This document shows positions 38,833-49,563 of a stretch of 64,000 bases of DNA, piece after piece (position 1 is the stretch's first letter; each line of letters begins with the position of its first letter). The stretch comes from an uncultured Candidatus Rokubacteria bacterium. GTDB lineage: Bacteria > Methylomirabilota > Methylomirabilia > Rokubacteriales > CSP1-6. The DNA lies in NCBI GenBank assembly GCA_963762145.1, contig CAVXJS010000015.1, positions 1 to 64,000 of the forward strand. The letters are read 5' to 3'. The notes below the pieces were generated by a model. That model made no database searches, was not told where the DNA came from, and worked only from the letters and a program-made list of their open reading frames with translations. The position numbers and the translations under genes were made by a program.

Positions 38833-39027
38833 GCTGTCCAGCTGAGGCTGGTAGAGCGAGTACTTCGCGCCGCGCCCCGTGTGCGCCCGGGGCCAGGGAT
38901 CCGGCGTCACCTGTCCGGGCGGCGGAGGCGCCGGCTGGACCTGACTCATCCCCGGTGGCACCAGCGCCGTCGAGGTCACGATGAAAGCACAGGCGAGCGC
39001 CAAGCCCCGGTGGAACAGGCGTGTCAT
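38833..39027 (-). pseudogene. N-terminal stub of a large secreted protein (DPWPR...YQPQLDS)
   Basis: Signal peptide and WPR/YQPQ motif. Ends where it meets a convergent lipoprotein stub (38781-38837, MTRPNRLAAVLLGALVAGC). Confidence 0.55.
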
Positions 39028-39111
39028 GGCGCCGACCTATCCTCCTGTCACGATCTCGAACAGAGCCCCGCGAACGCCCGCCATGCTAGTGGGATCCAGA
39101 GGTACCGCCTA

Positions 39112-39158
39112 TGGGACTTTGGTCTCATTGCCCTATCCTTCGTGGGACCAACGTCCTA
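39112..39158. promoter_or_regulatory. Two 16-bp boxes serving divergent promoters
   Basis: TGGGACTTTGGTCTCA (39112) with minus-strand TAGCAT at 39088. TGGGACCAACGTCCTA (39143) with CATACT at 39182. Confidence 0.7.
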
Positions 39159-39250
39159 TTATGTCGAGCGCCGGCATCACTCATACTCCGGTGACGCGAG
39201 AGGCAGTGGACGCATACGACCGGGCGGGGCCCGAAGGGAGCGGACGACCC

Positions 39251-39732
39251 ATGGGACGTCGAGTTCGAGCCGTGATGCTGATCGGAGCCGTCCTGAGCTG
39301 CCTCGTGGGCGGGGCAGCCAGTGCGCAGGACAAGCCCGCGGACCAGATGGAGCTCCTGCGGGAGAAGGCGCGCGCGGACAAGAAGCTGGTGGTGGCGGAG
39401 GCGCTCGCGCTCACCGAGGGCGAGGCGAAGGTCTTCTGGCCGGTCTACAACGCGTACCAGAGCGACATGATCACCCACTACGACAAGGTGCTCGAGTTCA
39501 TCGATCGGTTCTCGAACAGCTACGACTCGATGACCGGTGACGCCGCCATCAAGCTCTTGAACGAGTACCTGGCGCTCGAAGACCAGCCACGTCGCGCTGC
39601 TGAAATCATACGTGCCGCGATTCCAGAAGGTGCTGCCCGCCATCAAGGTCGCCCGCCTCTACCAGGTCGAGAACAAGATCCGGACGCTGGTGAACTACGA
39701 TCTCGGCCGGCAGATTCCCGCTCGTCAAGTGA
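39251..39732 (+). CDS. Secreted helical hypothetical protein (frameshift ~39580)
   Basis: Signal peptide, KK.VV...L.LT..EA..FWPVY..YQ, then KVARLYQVENKIR in the shifted frame. Confidence 0.75.
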
Positions 39733-39778
39733 GCGCGACCACCTCAACCCCCATCCGGTGAACACAGGAGAGCGGACG

Positions 39779-40339
39779 ATGCTCAACGCGCGACTTGGAG
39801 CAGGCCTGCTGGCGCTGGCGCTCGCGGTTGCCGCGCCGACGATGAACGCGCGGCCCGCCGTGGCCGCCTCCGCCGCCGATATCAACCGCGACGTGGACCG
39901 GGCCATCAAGGTCCTGCTGTCCAAGGATCCGGACGCGCGCAAGCTCGCCAATCAGGCGAAGGCGGTGCTCGTCTTCCCCAATATCGTCAAGGCCGGGTTC
40001 ATGTTCGGGGCCCAGTACGGCGACGGGGCGATGCGCGTGAAGGGCAAGACGGTCGGCTACTACAATACGCTCGCCGCGTCGTACGGCCTCCAGGCCGGCG
40101 TGCAGACGTTCGGCTACGCCCTCTTCTTCATGACCGACTCCGCGGTGGCATATCTCGCCAAGAGCGACGGCTTCGAGCTCGGCACCGGGCCGAGCATCGT
40201 CGTCCTCGACAAGGGTGCCGCGGGGGGAATCAGCACCAGCACGGTCCAGAAGGACATCTACGCGATCTTCTTCGACCAGCGGGGGCTGATGGCCGGGCTC
40301 GGTCTCCAGGGCACGAAGATCAGCAAGATCGACAAGTGA
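39779..40339 (+). CDS. Ysc84/SYLF lipid-binding domain protein
   Basis: AKAVLVFP.IVKAGF.FG..YGDG, SYGLQAG.Q, GLMAG.GLQG.KI. Confidence 0.88.
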   Translation: MLNARLGAGLLALALAVAAPTMNARPAVAASAADINRDVDRAIKVLLSKDPDARKLANQAKAVLVFPNIVKAGFMFGAQYGDGAMRVKGKTVGYYNTLAASYGLQAGVQTFGYALFFMTDSAVAYLAKSDGFELGTGPSIVVLDKGAAGGISTSTVQKDIYAIFFDQRGLMAGLGLQGTKISKIDK

Positions 40340-40341
40340 CA

Positions 40342-40587
40342 ATGAAGATTGCCGCGCTGCTGATCGTGGTCGGGCTGGGCGCCGGGTGTGCCTCGTCTGC
40401 GTCCGAGGGCTGGACGAAGCCCGGCGCCACCAAGGAACAGGCCAACAAGGACTCGGCCGACTGCCTGTTCGACGCCCAGACCGTGCGGCCGGGTGGTGGG
40501 TCGGCCGGCCCCGCGATGACGGTCGATCAGGTGAAGTATCGCCAGTGCATGGCGAACCGCGGCTATTCCGCGGGCCCGCCGAAGTAA
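40342..40587 (+). CDS. Small lipoprotein
   Basis: GAGC lipobox, WTKPG...D.ADC...YRQCM..RGY. Confidence 0.7.
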   Translation: MKIAALLIVVGLGAGCASSASEGWTKPGATKEQANKDSADCLFDAQTVRPGGGSAGPAMTVDQVKYRQCMANRGYSAGPPK

Positions 40588-40860
40588 GCCGCGCTCGATC
40601 CGGCGTCGTCGTACCTGCCCGGCTTTCACGCGGTCCTGCTCGGCTGCCCGAAAGCGACGGTCCCTGGAATACAGGAGCACCTGACAAGACGACGTACGTC
40701 TTGACGCACATCCTCGCCGCGGCCGAGGGCCCGACCCGCGCCGTCGTCAGCGGCAGTACTACGTCAGCACCGGCTACGCGTCATGGCCGACCAGTGAAGA
40801 AGCTGTTCGAGGCCGGACGGAAACAGGTCAAGTAGCCGCGCCGGCCTCGGCGCTCCTCGG

Positions 40861-41298
40861 CTACTGGTCGAGGGTGAACTTGATACCCTGCGCGCCCAGC
40901 TTGAGGCTTGCGCCCTGCGTCGTGCTCGTCAGCTCGACGACAACCCCGTTCTGATTCTTCATGATGGCCGCGCTGGCTCCGCCGCCGACCGTCGCCCCCG
41001 CGCTGCCCGCCGTGTAGGTGCCCGAGAAGTCCGCGACCTTCTTCAAGTTGGTGACCTTGCCGGTCGCGGTCGCCCGGCTGATCCCGACCTCTCCCACGGT
41101 CAGGCCGTCGACCTTGACCGGGTACGTCTTCCCCTGATAGGTGAGCGTTCCCTTGCCCCAGCTGAAGCCGATTCCGGCTGCGACCGAGCCCTCCGACAGG
41201 GTCAGAGTCCCGTCGGTGTTGCCCTGGGCCAGAGCGAGAGCGCTTACCAGCATGACGAGACCAGCGGCCGCGACGAATGTGACGATCGAACGACGCAA
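40861..41298 (-). CDS. Secreted EipA/DUF1134-like protein, paralog of 36485-36931
   Basis: GIGFSWGKG.L.Y.GK.YP, MKNQNGV. AAGGAGG RBS. Confidence 0.75.
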   Translation of the reverse strand: MRRSIVTFVAAAGLVMLVSALALAQGNTDGTLTLSEGSVAAGIGFSWGKGTLTYQGKTYPVKVDGLTVGEVGISRATATGKVTNLKKVADFSGTYTAGSAGATVGGGASAAIMKNQNGVVVELTSTTQGASLKLGAQGIKFTLDQ

Positions 41299-41327
41299 GG
41301 CACACCTCCTTGAGGGTGGGTTCGATT

Positions 41328-42431
41328 CTACGGCTGAGACCCGGTGGCCTCGTCACCTCGGCCGACCCACGCCACCAGCAGGGTGTAGGTCACCGCGAGC
41401 ACGACCGGGCCGACGAACAGGCCGATGATGCCGAACGCGAGCAGGCCGCCGATCACGCCGGCGAAGATCAGCACGAGCGGCAGGTCCGCGCCTCGCTTGA
41501 TCAGCACCGGGCGCAGGACATTGTCGAGGCTGACCGTGACGATCGACCACACGAGCATCACCACCGCCCAGACCGTCGCGTCCTGCCAGTAGAGCCAGAT
41601 CACCGCGCCGAACAGGACCGGACCAGCACCGATCTGCGCCACCGCGAGCAGGAACATCAGGGCGGTCAGGAAGATCGCATGCGGCACCCCGGTGATGGCG
41701 AGACCGATGCCGCCGATCGCCGACTGGACCAGCGCGGTGACGACGATGCCCAGGGCGACCGCGCGGATCGCCAGGGCTGAGAGGACAACGGCCCTGTCCC
41801 CCGACTCCCCGGCCAGCCGTCGCGCGAACGCGCGGACCCCGGTCGCAACCGTCTCGCCCTGGGCATACAGCAGCGCGGCGATCCCCACGGTGAGGATGAG
41901 CTGGACCAGGAGGATGCCGAAGCCTCCGGCCTTGCTGACGACCCAGGCACCAACGCCGGCGACGTAGGGCCTGACGCGGGCCGCGAGCTCCTCCGGCGGG
42001 GTGGAGGCCACCTTCTGCCATTCGGCGGCGACCCGCTTGCCCACCAGTGGCAGATCGCTCACCCAGGCCGGTGGTCCCGTGGTGACGGTCACGGCCAGCG
42101 ATTTTGACCATTCCACCATGTCGGGGGCCCGCTCGACCACCACCGCGATTCCGAGCGCGATCGGCGCCACCACGATGACGACCATCGTCGCCGTCATCAC
42201 GGCCACCGCGAGGCCCCGCCGGCCCCCGAGGCGCGCCTGCACCGCCCGCATCAGGGGCCACGTGGCCACGACGATCATGGTGGCCCAGATCAGCGCGGGC
42301 AAGAACGGCCGGAGCACCCAGAACGTCGCGCCGATCAGCCCGCCGAGCACCACCACCGCGAGCACGATCCGGGTGACGTCCCACGAGGCGGGCGCGTTGG
42401 TCTCCGGCTTCACGGGCAGGGACGTCTCCAT
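41328..42431 (-). CDS. ydiK: AI-2E family transporter YdiK
   Basis: PFLPALIWATMIVVATWP, AIRAVALGIVVTALVQ, DNVLRPVLIKRGADLP, GPVVLAV. Confidence 0.88.
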   Translation of the reverse strand: METSLPVKPETNAPASWDVTRIVLAVVVLGGLIGATFWVLRPFLPALIWATMIVVATWPLMRAVQARLGGRRGLAVAVMTATMVVIVVAPIALGIAVVVERAPDMVEWSKSLAVTVTTGPPAWVSDLPLVGKRVAAEWQKVASTPPEELAARVRPYVAGVGAWVVSKAGGFGILLVQLILTVGIAALLYAQGETVATGVRAFARRLAGESGDRAVVLSALAIRAVALGIVVTALVQSAIGGIGLAITGVPHAIFLTALMFLLAVAQIGAGPVLFGAVIWLYWQDATVWAVVMLVWSIVTVSLDNVLRPVLIKRGADLPLVLIFAGVIGGLLAFGIIGLFVGPVVLAVTYTLLVAWVGRGDEATGSQP

Positions 42432-42471
42432 CGGCGCCCCGTATCCCACCACGAGCCCGGTCGGTCCGGTA

Positions 42472-42487
42472 TGGGACCAAAGTCTCA
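42472..42487. promoter_or_regulatory. 16-bp palindromic box between ydiK and pqiA
   Basis: TGGGACCAAAGTCTCA, with CATACT at 42512. Confidence 0.65.
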
Positions 42488-42537
42488 CTATGACCACCGG
42501 AGATCTTGCGCCATACTCGCGCGGTGCTGCGGATGGG

Positions 42538-43174
42538 ATGACCCCCTTGGAAACGGTCGCCTGCCCGGCCTGTGATTTGCTCCAGCGCATCCCCCCACTG
42601 CCCCACGGCGGGAAGGCAGCCTGTCCGCGGTGCGGGCAGACGCTCGCCAGCCGGCCAACGGACCCGCTCGACCGCCCCCTGGCCCTCACCGTCGCGGCGG
42701 CGATGACGCTGATCGTCGCCAACGTCGCTCCGCTGATGGGACTCTCGGCGGTGGGGCGCCAGGCGAGCACGAGCATCATCGGCGGCACCCTCGAGATGTG
42801 GCTCCAGGGTCGCGAGCTGACCGCGGTCATCGTCGCGTTCTGCGTGCTCATCGCGCCGGCCACCTACATCCTCTTCATGCTGACGGTCCTGCTCGCGGCG
42901 CGCCGGCCACCCGCGCCGCACTGGGTCGCCGAGCTGTTGCGGTGGGCCGACTTCATGCGGCCGTGGTCGATGATCGAGGTGATGATCCTGGGCATTCTCG
43001 TGGCCCTGATCAAGATCGCAGAGCTAGCGACGGTGGAGCCCGGCATCGGGATGTACGCGGTGGGCGGCGCTCGTCCTGCTTCTGCCCGCGATCGCGATCA
43101 ACTTCGATCCGGACGAGATCTGGAAACGCGTCGAGTGGGCCGACGGCTCCTTCGACGCGGAGGCCGTCCGGTGA
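42538..43174 (+). CDS. pqiA: Paraquat-inducible protein A, single half-domain (frameshift ~43068)
   Basis: ACPACDLL..CPRC, ANV.P.M, PWSMIEV..LG.LVALIKI, FDPDEIW. No pqiB follows. Confidence 0.8.
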
Positions 43175-43622
43175 GCTCTCGCGCGTTGTCACCCGCGGTC
43201 CCCTGGTCCGCGAGCGTCGTGAGCACATCGGATGCCAGGTGCGGCGGGAGGTATTTCGCGCCCCGGAGCACGGTGTGGATGGCCGCGATGAGCTCCTTTC
43301 CGGCCCCGTGCTTCGCGACGAAGCCGAAGGCACCGGCGCGGAGCGCCGCGGCGGCCAGCTGGGCGTCGGCGTGCATGGTCAGGAAGATCACCCTGGCCGC
43401 GAGCGCTTCCGCCTTGAGCTGGCGGAGGGCGTCGAGCCCGCTCATGCCGGGCATGGCCATGTCGGTCACGATGACGTCGGGTCGGAGCCGGCGGGCCGCC
43501 GCGATCAGCCCGGTCCCGTCGGTCACCGTGCCGACGAGCGTGAACTCGTCACGCAGGAGGCTCGCGAGTCCCTCCAGGACGATCGCGTGGTCGTCAGCGA
43601 GGAGGACGGTCGCCCGGCTCAT
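43170..43622 (-). pseudogene. NarL-family response regulator truncated just before its HTH
   Basis: LLADDHAIV, TDMAMPG, LTMH, then '...RELT'. The usual PR(Q/E)REVL HTH is absent. Confidence 0.75.
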
Positions 43623-45250
43623 CCTGGCTCTCGGACAGCGGGACCACGACCCGGACCTGCGTGCCTCGCTCCGGCTGGGAGTCGATCGTGAGGCGGCCTT
43701 TCACCAGGCGCGCTCGTTCATCGAGGCTGATCAGGCCCAGGCCACCGCGGGCCCGCCCCTCCGCGAGGTCGAACCCGCGACCGTCGTCGGTGATCGTGAG
43801 TGTCAGGGCACTGCCGTCGCGCGCGAACGTCACCTGCACCCGACTGGCCTTCGCGTGCCGGACGACATTCCGGAGCGACTCCTGGGTCACCCGGTAGAGG
43901 CAGAGCGCTACGTCGGCCGGCAGGGTCTCAAGGCCGCCGTCCGCCTGGAGAGTCACCGTGAGATCCCCTTCCCGTTCGAGCTCGCGGCAGTGATTCCGTA
44001 GAGCGGCCGCCAGCCCCGCGTACTGCAGGACGCCAGGATGAAGCTCGTGCGACAGGTGCCGGATCGTCTCCACCATCTCGGCCGTGCGTCTCTGGAGCCG
44101 TGCGAGCTGCTGCCGTCGGTCGGGCGCCGTGCTCTCGGGGAGACCGGCCTCGAGGGCGGCCACCGTGATCGACAGCGCGGCGAGCTCCTGGCTCACGCCG
44201 TCGTGCAGCTCGCGGGCGATGCGCCGGCGCTCCTCCTCCTGCGAGGTCATCAGCCGCCCGGCCAGGTCCCGGATGTGCTCCGCACTCTCGTGCGCCGCGC
44301 GCTCGGCCCGCTGCCGCGCCAGCGCGTTGGTGAAGACGTCGGCCAGGAGACGGAGCCGCGCGATCAGCTCGTCGGGCCAGGCGCGCTCCGCGAACACGGT
44401 GCCGACCGACAGGCCGCCGACCACCGAGCCCCGCTCGACGAGCGGGACCACCGCGTTCGATCGCGCGCCGAATCGAGCAAGGCTCTCGCGATCGGTCGGG
44501 GCGCCGTCGCGGAGATCGGCCGGACTGCGCACGACGCGCCCCTGACGGACCTCGGCGAAGATCCGTGGCGCCGCGCTCGCCTGGGACCGTCGACGGGGGA
44601 GGCAGGACGTTCTCGCGGGTCCACGAATGCGTGAGGCGGGCCCGGTCGGGATGATCCTCGAGAGCCCAGATGCCCGCCCGGTCCACCCCGAGGTCCTCGA
44701 CGACGCGCTGGAGTCCCGTCCGGACGCGCCGGTCTATCTCGGCCGCGGGGCAGGACAGGAGCCCGGTGGAGAGGTCCGACAGGAGGGTCTCGAACCGCAG
44801 GCGTTCGGTCGAGGCCCCGCTGGGCGCGACGGCGCTGGGCCCGCTGGACCAGCAGGGCGCCGATGAGCCCGCCCTGGACGAGGAGCAGGCTGAGGCCCCC
44901 GACGATATATCCCCGGTAGAGCTGCCAGACGGACGGCTCGTGGAACAGCACGACGCTGCCGGGCGGCAAGCGCCGGCGATCGATCCGCCAGCGGTCGACG
45001 ACGCGGGCGTCGAACACGTGGGCATTGGTGCCCTCGCTCGTGGCGTCGGCCGGTCCCAGCCGCTCGCCCTGGAGGACCCGCCGCGCGAGCGCGGCTGCCC
45101 GCGTGGCCTGCTGCTCCCACCTCACGACGTAGCCGCCGACGACGCCCCGCCCGACGTGCACGTCGAGAGCGGAGTAGACCGGGACCGACGCGGTGCGCGC
45201 GACCTGCTCCGCCACCTCCGCGTTGGTGAACGTGCGGCCGGCGCGATCGC
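43594..45250 (-). pseudogene. NarX/UhpB-type (HisKA_3) sensor kinase, periplasmic ABC-substrate-binding-like + TM + GAF; frameshifted, N-terminus missing
   Basis: PVYS....GRGVVGG, EPSVWQLYR + TM, EERRRIARELHD, YRVTQESLRNVVRHA, DDGRGF, GLGL. Confidence 0.8.
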
Positions 45251-47437
45251 CGGTCTGCGCGCAATGCCATCAGGCGGCGGCGGAGCAATGGCGCGGATCG
45301 CACCACGACCTCGCCATGCAGCCGCCGACCGACACCACCGTCGTGGGCGACTTCAATGCCACGCGGTTCACCTACGCGGGCGTCACCTCGACCTTCTCCC
45401 GCCGCGACGGCAAGTTCACGGTGCGGACCGACGGCCCCGACGGCAAGCTCGCCGACTACGACGTCAAGTACACGTTCGGCGTCGCGCCGCTCCAGCAGTA
45501 CCTCATCGAGCTCGCCGGACGGTCGCCTGCAGGCGCTCAGCATCGCGTGGGACGCCCGTCCGCGGGCACAGGGCGGGCAGCGCTGGTTTCATCTCTATCC
45601 CGGACCAGCGGGTGACCCACGGGACGAGCTCCACTGGACGGGCCCAGCCAGAACTGGAACTACATGTGCGCCGAGTGCCACTCGACGGGCGTCCAGAAGC
45701 GCTACGATCCCGCAGACGCGGCGCTTCGCGACCAGCTACGCCGAGGTCAACGTCTCCTGCGAGGCCTGTCACGGCCCGGGCTCCAATCACGTCGCGTGGG
45801 CCGGGGCAGGAGGCGGCCGGAAGCGTCCGATCCACCAAGGGCCTCGCCGTCACGCTGGACGACCGCCGGGCGGTCACGTGGACGATCAGCGCGGAGACGG
45901 GCAATGCCCAGCGCTCTCCGCCCGGCCGGCCGGGGCGGGAGGTGGAGGTGTGCGGGCGCTGCCACGCGCGCCGGGGCCAGTTCTCCGACGACGGTGGGCA
46001 CGGGCGGCCGCTCGGCGACAGCCACCGGGTGGCGCTCCTCGAGGACCGCCTCTACTACCCCGACGGGCAGATCCGCGACGAGGTGTACGAGTACGGCTCG
46101 TTCCTCCAGAGCAAGATGTTCCACCGCGGCGTGACGTGCTCGGACTGCCACGACCCGCACAGCGGCAAGCTCCGCGCGCCCGGGAGCCAGGTGTGCCTCG
46201 GCTGCCACTCGGCGCAGAAGTACAGCGCGGCCACGCATCACTTCCACCCCACGGGCTCGCGCGGCGCCGACTGTCTGCGGCTGCCACATGCCCACCACCA
46301 CCTACATGGTCGTCGACCCGCGCCACGACCACAGCTTCCGGGTCCCCCGTCCCGATCTCTCGGTCACCCTCGGCGTGCCGAACGCGTGCACGCGATGCCA
46401 CGCGGATCGCCCGGCCGCATGGGCGGCCAAGCAGGTGGAGACCTGGTACGGGCGCGCGCCGCGCGGCTATCAGCGCTACGCCGAGGCGTTCGGCGCGGCC
46501 GCCGCCGGAGCGCCCGGCGCCGGCGAGCTGCTCGCGGCGGTGGCCCGCGACGGAGACCAGCCGGCCATCGCGCGGGCGACCGCGATCGCGCGCCTGGGTC
46601 CCGGCGCCGGCGGCGTCGACGCGGCCCGCGCGGGCCTGAAGGACGGCGACCCGCTCGTGCGGCGCGCCGCCGCGACGGCACTCGAGAGCTCTCGAGCCGG
46701 CGCGCCGGGTCGAGCCGCTGGCTCCCCTGCTCGACGATCCCGTCCGCGCGGTGCGCATGGAGGCGGCGCGCTTGCTGGCCGCGGTGCCGCGGGAGCGGCT
46801 GACCGACGCGCAGCGGGCCGCGCTCGACCAGGGCCTCATGGAGTACGTCGCGGCCGAGCGATTCAATGCCGACCGCCCGGAGTCACACCTGAACCTGGGG
46901 CTCCTGTACGCGGCTCAGCGCCGGACTCCCGAGGCCGAGGCGGCGCTGCGGACGGCGCTCGTGGTGGACCCGCGCTTCGTGCCGGCGGCGGTGAACCTGG
47001 CCGACCTCTATCGCGCGGCGGGCCGGGAGGCGGAAGGCGAGCAGGTCCTGCGGGACATCCTCAAGCAGGATCCACGGAGCGCGACGGCGCATCATGCGCT
47101 CGGGCTGCTCCTCGTGCGGCAGAAGCGCATGCCGGAGGCGATGCCGGAGCTGGAAGCGGCGGCGCGCCTGGCGCCCGAGAGCGCCCGCTACGGCTACGTG
47201 TATGCGGTGGGGCTCGACGGAGCCGGGCGGCGGAAGCAGGCGATCGAGACCCTCGAGCGAAGCCTTCTCCGCCACCCCCACGACCGCGACACCCTGTCCG
47301 CGCTGGTCGCCTTCACGCGCGAGCAGAGCGGTCCGCGCCAGGCCCTCGTGTATGCGCGGCGGCTGGCGGAGCTCGAGCCCGCGAATCCCGAGGTGCGCCA
47401 GCTCGTCCAGCGGCTCGAGGCCGAAGGCCCGCGCTGA
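45247..47437 (+). CDS. Multiheme c-type cytochrome with HEAT and TPR repeats; signal peptide missing, several frameshifts
   Basis: CAQCH, CAECH, CEACH, CGRCH, CSDCH, CLGCH, CxGCH (across a shift), CTRCH. SFLQSKM, HDHSFRVPRPD, NADRP, TPRs. Confidence 0.8.
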
Positions 47438-47493
47438 GCGCGTCGGCCCCTTGCGAGACTCGCTCCTGTCCCGCGAGGGGCCGCTGGCCTACC

Positions 47494-47828
47494 TTACTTC
47501 TGGCGCTTCACGTTCACGGTCGCCGGCATGATGCCGTAGACCATCCCGGTCATCTCGTCGCCCTTGACCGTCAGCGAGCCCGACCCGTAGGCCGCGTCCA
47601 GCTTGATCTCGTTCCCGCTCACCGTGCCGGCGAAGTTGGTCGGCTCGGAGCTCGTCGGCCCGGTCACGGTCATCGGGCCGGTCACCCTAGCTCCGTCTTG
47701 CTTCAGGTCCATGATGACCTGCCCGCCGCCCATGGTCGGGTTCCGGAAGGACCACGTTCCATTCCGGCGGCACACCCGGCGAGCATCATGACCAGCCCTA
47801 CGAGGAGACCCTTCCGTGCGTAGCTCAT
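47494..47828 (-). CDS. Hypothetical lipoprotein (frameshifted)
   Basis: MSYARKGLLVGLVMMLAGC, then a shifted beta-rich domain GTWS...LKQDGARVTG. AAGGAGA RBS. Confidence 0.6.
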
Positions 47829-47920
47829 GCGCTTCTCTCCTTTGGATTGGATGACCACGTCGGGGAGCCTCCTGCGATCCCACCGCCCGGGATGCTAGGG
47901 CAGCGCGAACCCGTAGACCA

Positions 47921-47936
47921 TAGGACTTTAGGCCTA
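47921..47936. promoter_or_regulatory. 16-bp palindromic box
   Basis: TAGGACTTTAGGCCTA, with minus-strand TAGCAT at 47897. Confidence 0.7.
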
Positions 47937-47975
47937 CGCGCGCCCGGGCCCCGACGGGCCAAGCGCCCGACCTGC

Positions 47976-49118
47976 TCAGTTGGCCGGGATGGTGAGCACC
48001 GGCGCCGGGGCCTTGTCGCCGGTATCGGCCAGCGTCATCAGGATCAGGAGGAACGTGAAGACTCCCTTGGACCTGAGATCACGGTTCTCGATCCAGTACC
48101 AGGTGTCCCCGTAGCGAACGGCCGCGAAGGCGTCGTCCGGGCGGAACGAGCCGCTGAGGATCCGCAGCAGCGGCGGCAGGGTGTCCTCGCCGCCCGCCAG
48201 GGCCGGCGGAACCGGAAAGGCGCGGCCGTCGCGCGCATGATCCTCCGGGACGCTCACGGTGGCCGAGAGCTCGAGGAGGATCTGCATCCCCGAGCGGGTC
48301 TGCATGGCGATGACGTCGTCGCGGTCGGTGCCCTGCCCGTACACGACCCGGGCCTCCGTCTTGTCCGGGTTCAGCCCCAGGAGCTTCCGGACGATGGCTC
48401 GATCGGCCTGCACCTCCGGAGGAACCGGCTTCCGGGGGAACGCCATGACGAGGCCTTCCCGCTTCGACTCCTTGTCGACCTCGACCCGAAACGCGATCGC
48501 GCCGGACTCCTGGACGCGCCAGAAGGCCTTGAGCATCTGTACGAACTCCGCGTCCGGGGCTCTCCCCCGCCCGCCCGCCCGGCCGTTCGAGAGCCCGTTC
48601 ACGGTCTGGACCGCGACCGAGAGCAAGACGTCCGCCCGGTAGCCGGCCTCGATCAGCTCCATCAGGCGGATCGGGGGAATCGGCGTCATCAGGGTCCGGA
48701 TGAAGCCGGACCCGGTGAGCGGCACGTAGGTGACGGTGGGCCGGTCGGTGTACTGGCCCTGGGCCCCCAGGCCGATGCTGCTATTGGGAACCCCGGGGAC
48801 GATGGTGCTGGAGTTGAAGATGCTGCCCGCGGCCGAGAACGAGCTCTGCAGCTGGTAGCTGCTGACGATCTGCCCCACGTCCACGAAGATCGGGGTGTCG
48901 GCATAGCGCAGCTTGACGATGTTGAGCAGCGTCTGCTGCTTCCAGGAATTGGCCACCGCCGCCGTGTAGTCCAGGCGGTCCCGGTCGAGGGCCACCGCGC
49001 CGAAGCTCGAGCACCCGGCGAGGCCCACCGCGCCCATCAGAAAGACGATTCGCGCCGCGAGCAGGCGACACGCTCCCGGTCGAGACGTTCCTGGTGGGCG
49101 CCGACTGATCCGACGCAC
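47976..49118 (-). CDS. Conserved hypothetical lipoprotein
   Basis: LAGC lipobox, [34 protein letters not shown]. Start uncertain. Confidence 0.8.
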   Translation of the reverse strand: MRRISRRPPGTSRPGACRLLAARIVFLMGAVGLAGCSSFGAVALDRDRLDYTAAVANSWKQQTLLNIVKLRYADTPIFVDVGQIVSSYQLQSSFSAAGSIFNSSTIVPGVPNSSIGLGAQGQYTDRPTVTYVPLTGSGFIRTLMTPIPPIRLMELIEAGYRADVLLSVAVQTVNGLSNGRAGGRGRAPDAEFVQMLKAFWRVQESGAIAFRVEVDKESKREGLVMAFPRKPVPPEVQADRAIVRKLLGLNPDKTEARVVYGQGTDRDDVIAMQTRSGMQILLELSATVSVPEDHARDGRAFPVPPALAGGEDTLPPLLRILSGSFRPDDAFAAVRYGDTWYWIENRDLRSKGVFTFLLILMTLADTGDKAPAPVLTIPAN

Positions 49119-49559
49119 CTACGGCAGCGTGCAGTTGCCGAAGATGGCGAACAGCCCGTCGGTCTCGACGACCGAGCTGCCGAAGGCGCCGCTCTCCGAG
49201 CCGATGACGATGCTCCACGCCTTGCCGTTCTCACCCCCGTGCAGCATCAGCTGGCCGTCCAGGATCATCGACGTCTTGATCTCCGTCTTCCGCCCGCCGC
49301 CCTCGTTGTCGGTGAGCAGCTTCCCCTGCACGTCAATCCGCACGAAGGGCGGCAGGTTGTTGCCCGCGTGCGGCGTGCTGCGCTCGCACTTGCCGTCCGC
49401 GGTGCACTCGCTCATCGCGGTGATCGCGCACAGCATGGGCTTCGACCCGTCGTACTTGCCCGCCGCCGACACCAGATCGGCCGGATACGCCAGGACCACG
49501 CCGCCCAGTACCAGGCTCAGGCTTGCCGCCCGCAGTCGGTTCATCGTCGCTCTCCTCAT
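49119..49559 (-). CDS. Secreted hypothetical protein, paralog of 37057-37488
   Basis: DGSKPMLCA..EC...G.CER, LHGGENGKAW. Confidence 0.75.
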   Translation of the reverse strand: MRRATMNRLRAASLSLVLGGVVLAYPADLVSAAGKYDGSKPMLCAITAMSECTADGKCERSTPHAGNNLPPFVRIDVQGKLLTDNEGGGRKTEIKTSMILDGQLMLHGGENGKAWSIVIGSESGAFGSSVVETDGLFAIFGNCTLP

Positions 49560-49563
49560 GGCT

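Noticed and set aside
38981-40339. 452-aa fusion ending in a SYLF domain
   Set aside because: Produced by a frameshift in the upstream gene. SYLF has its own RBS and signal peptide.
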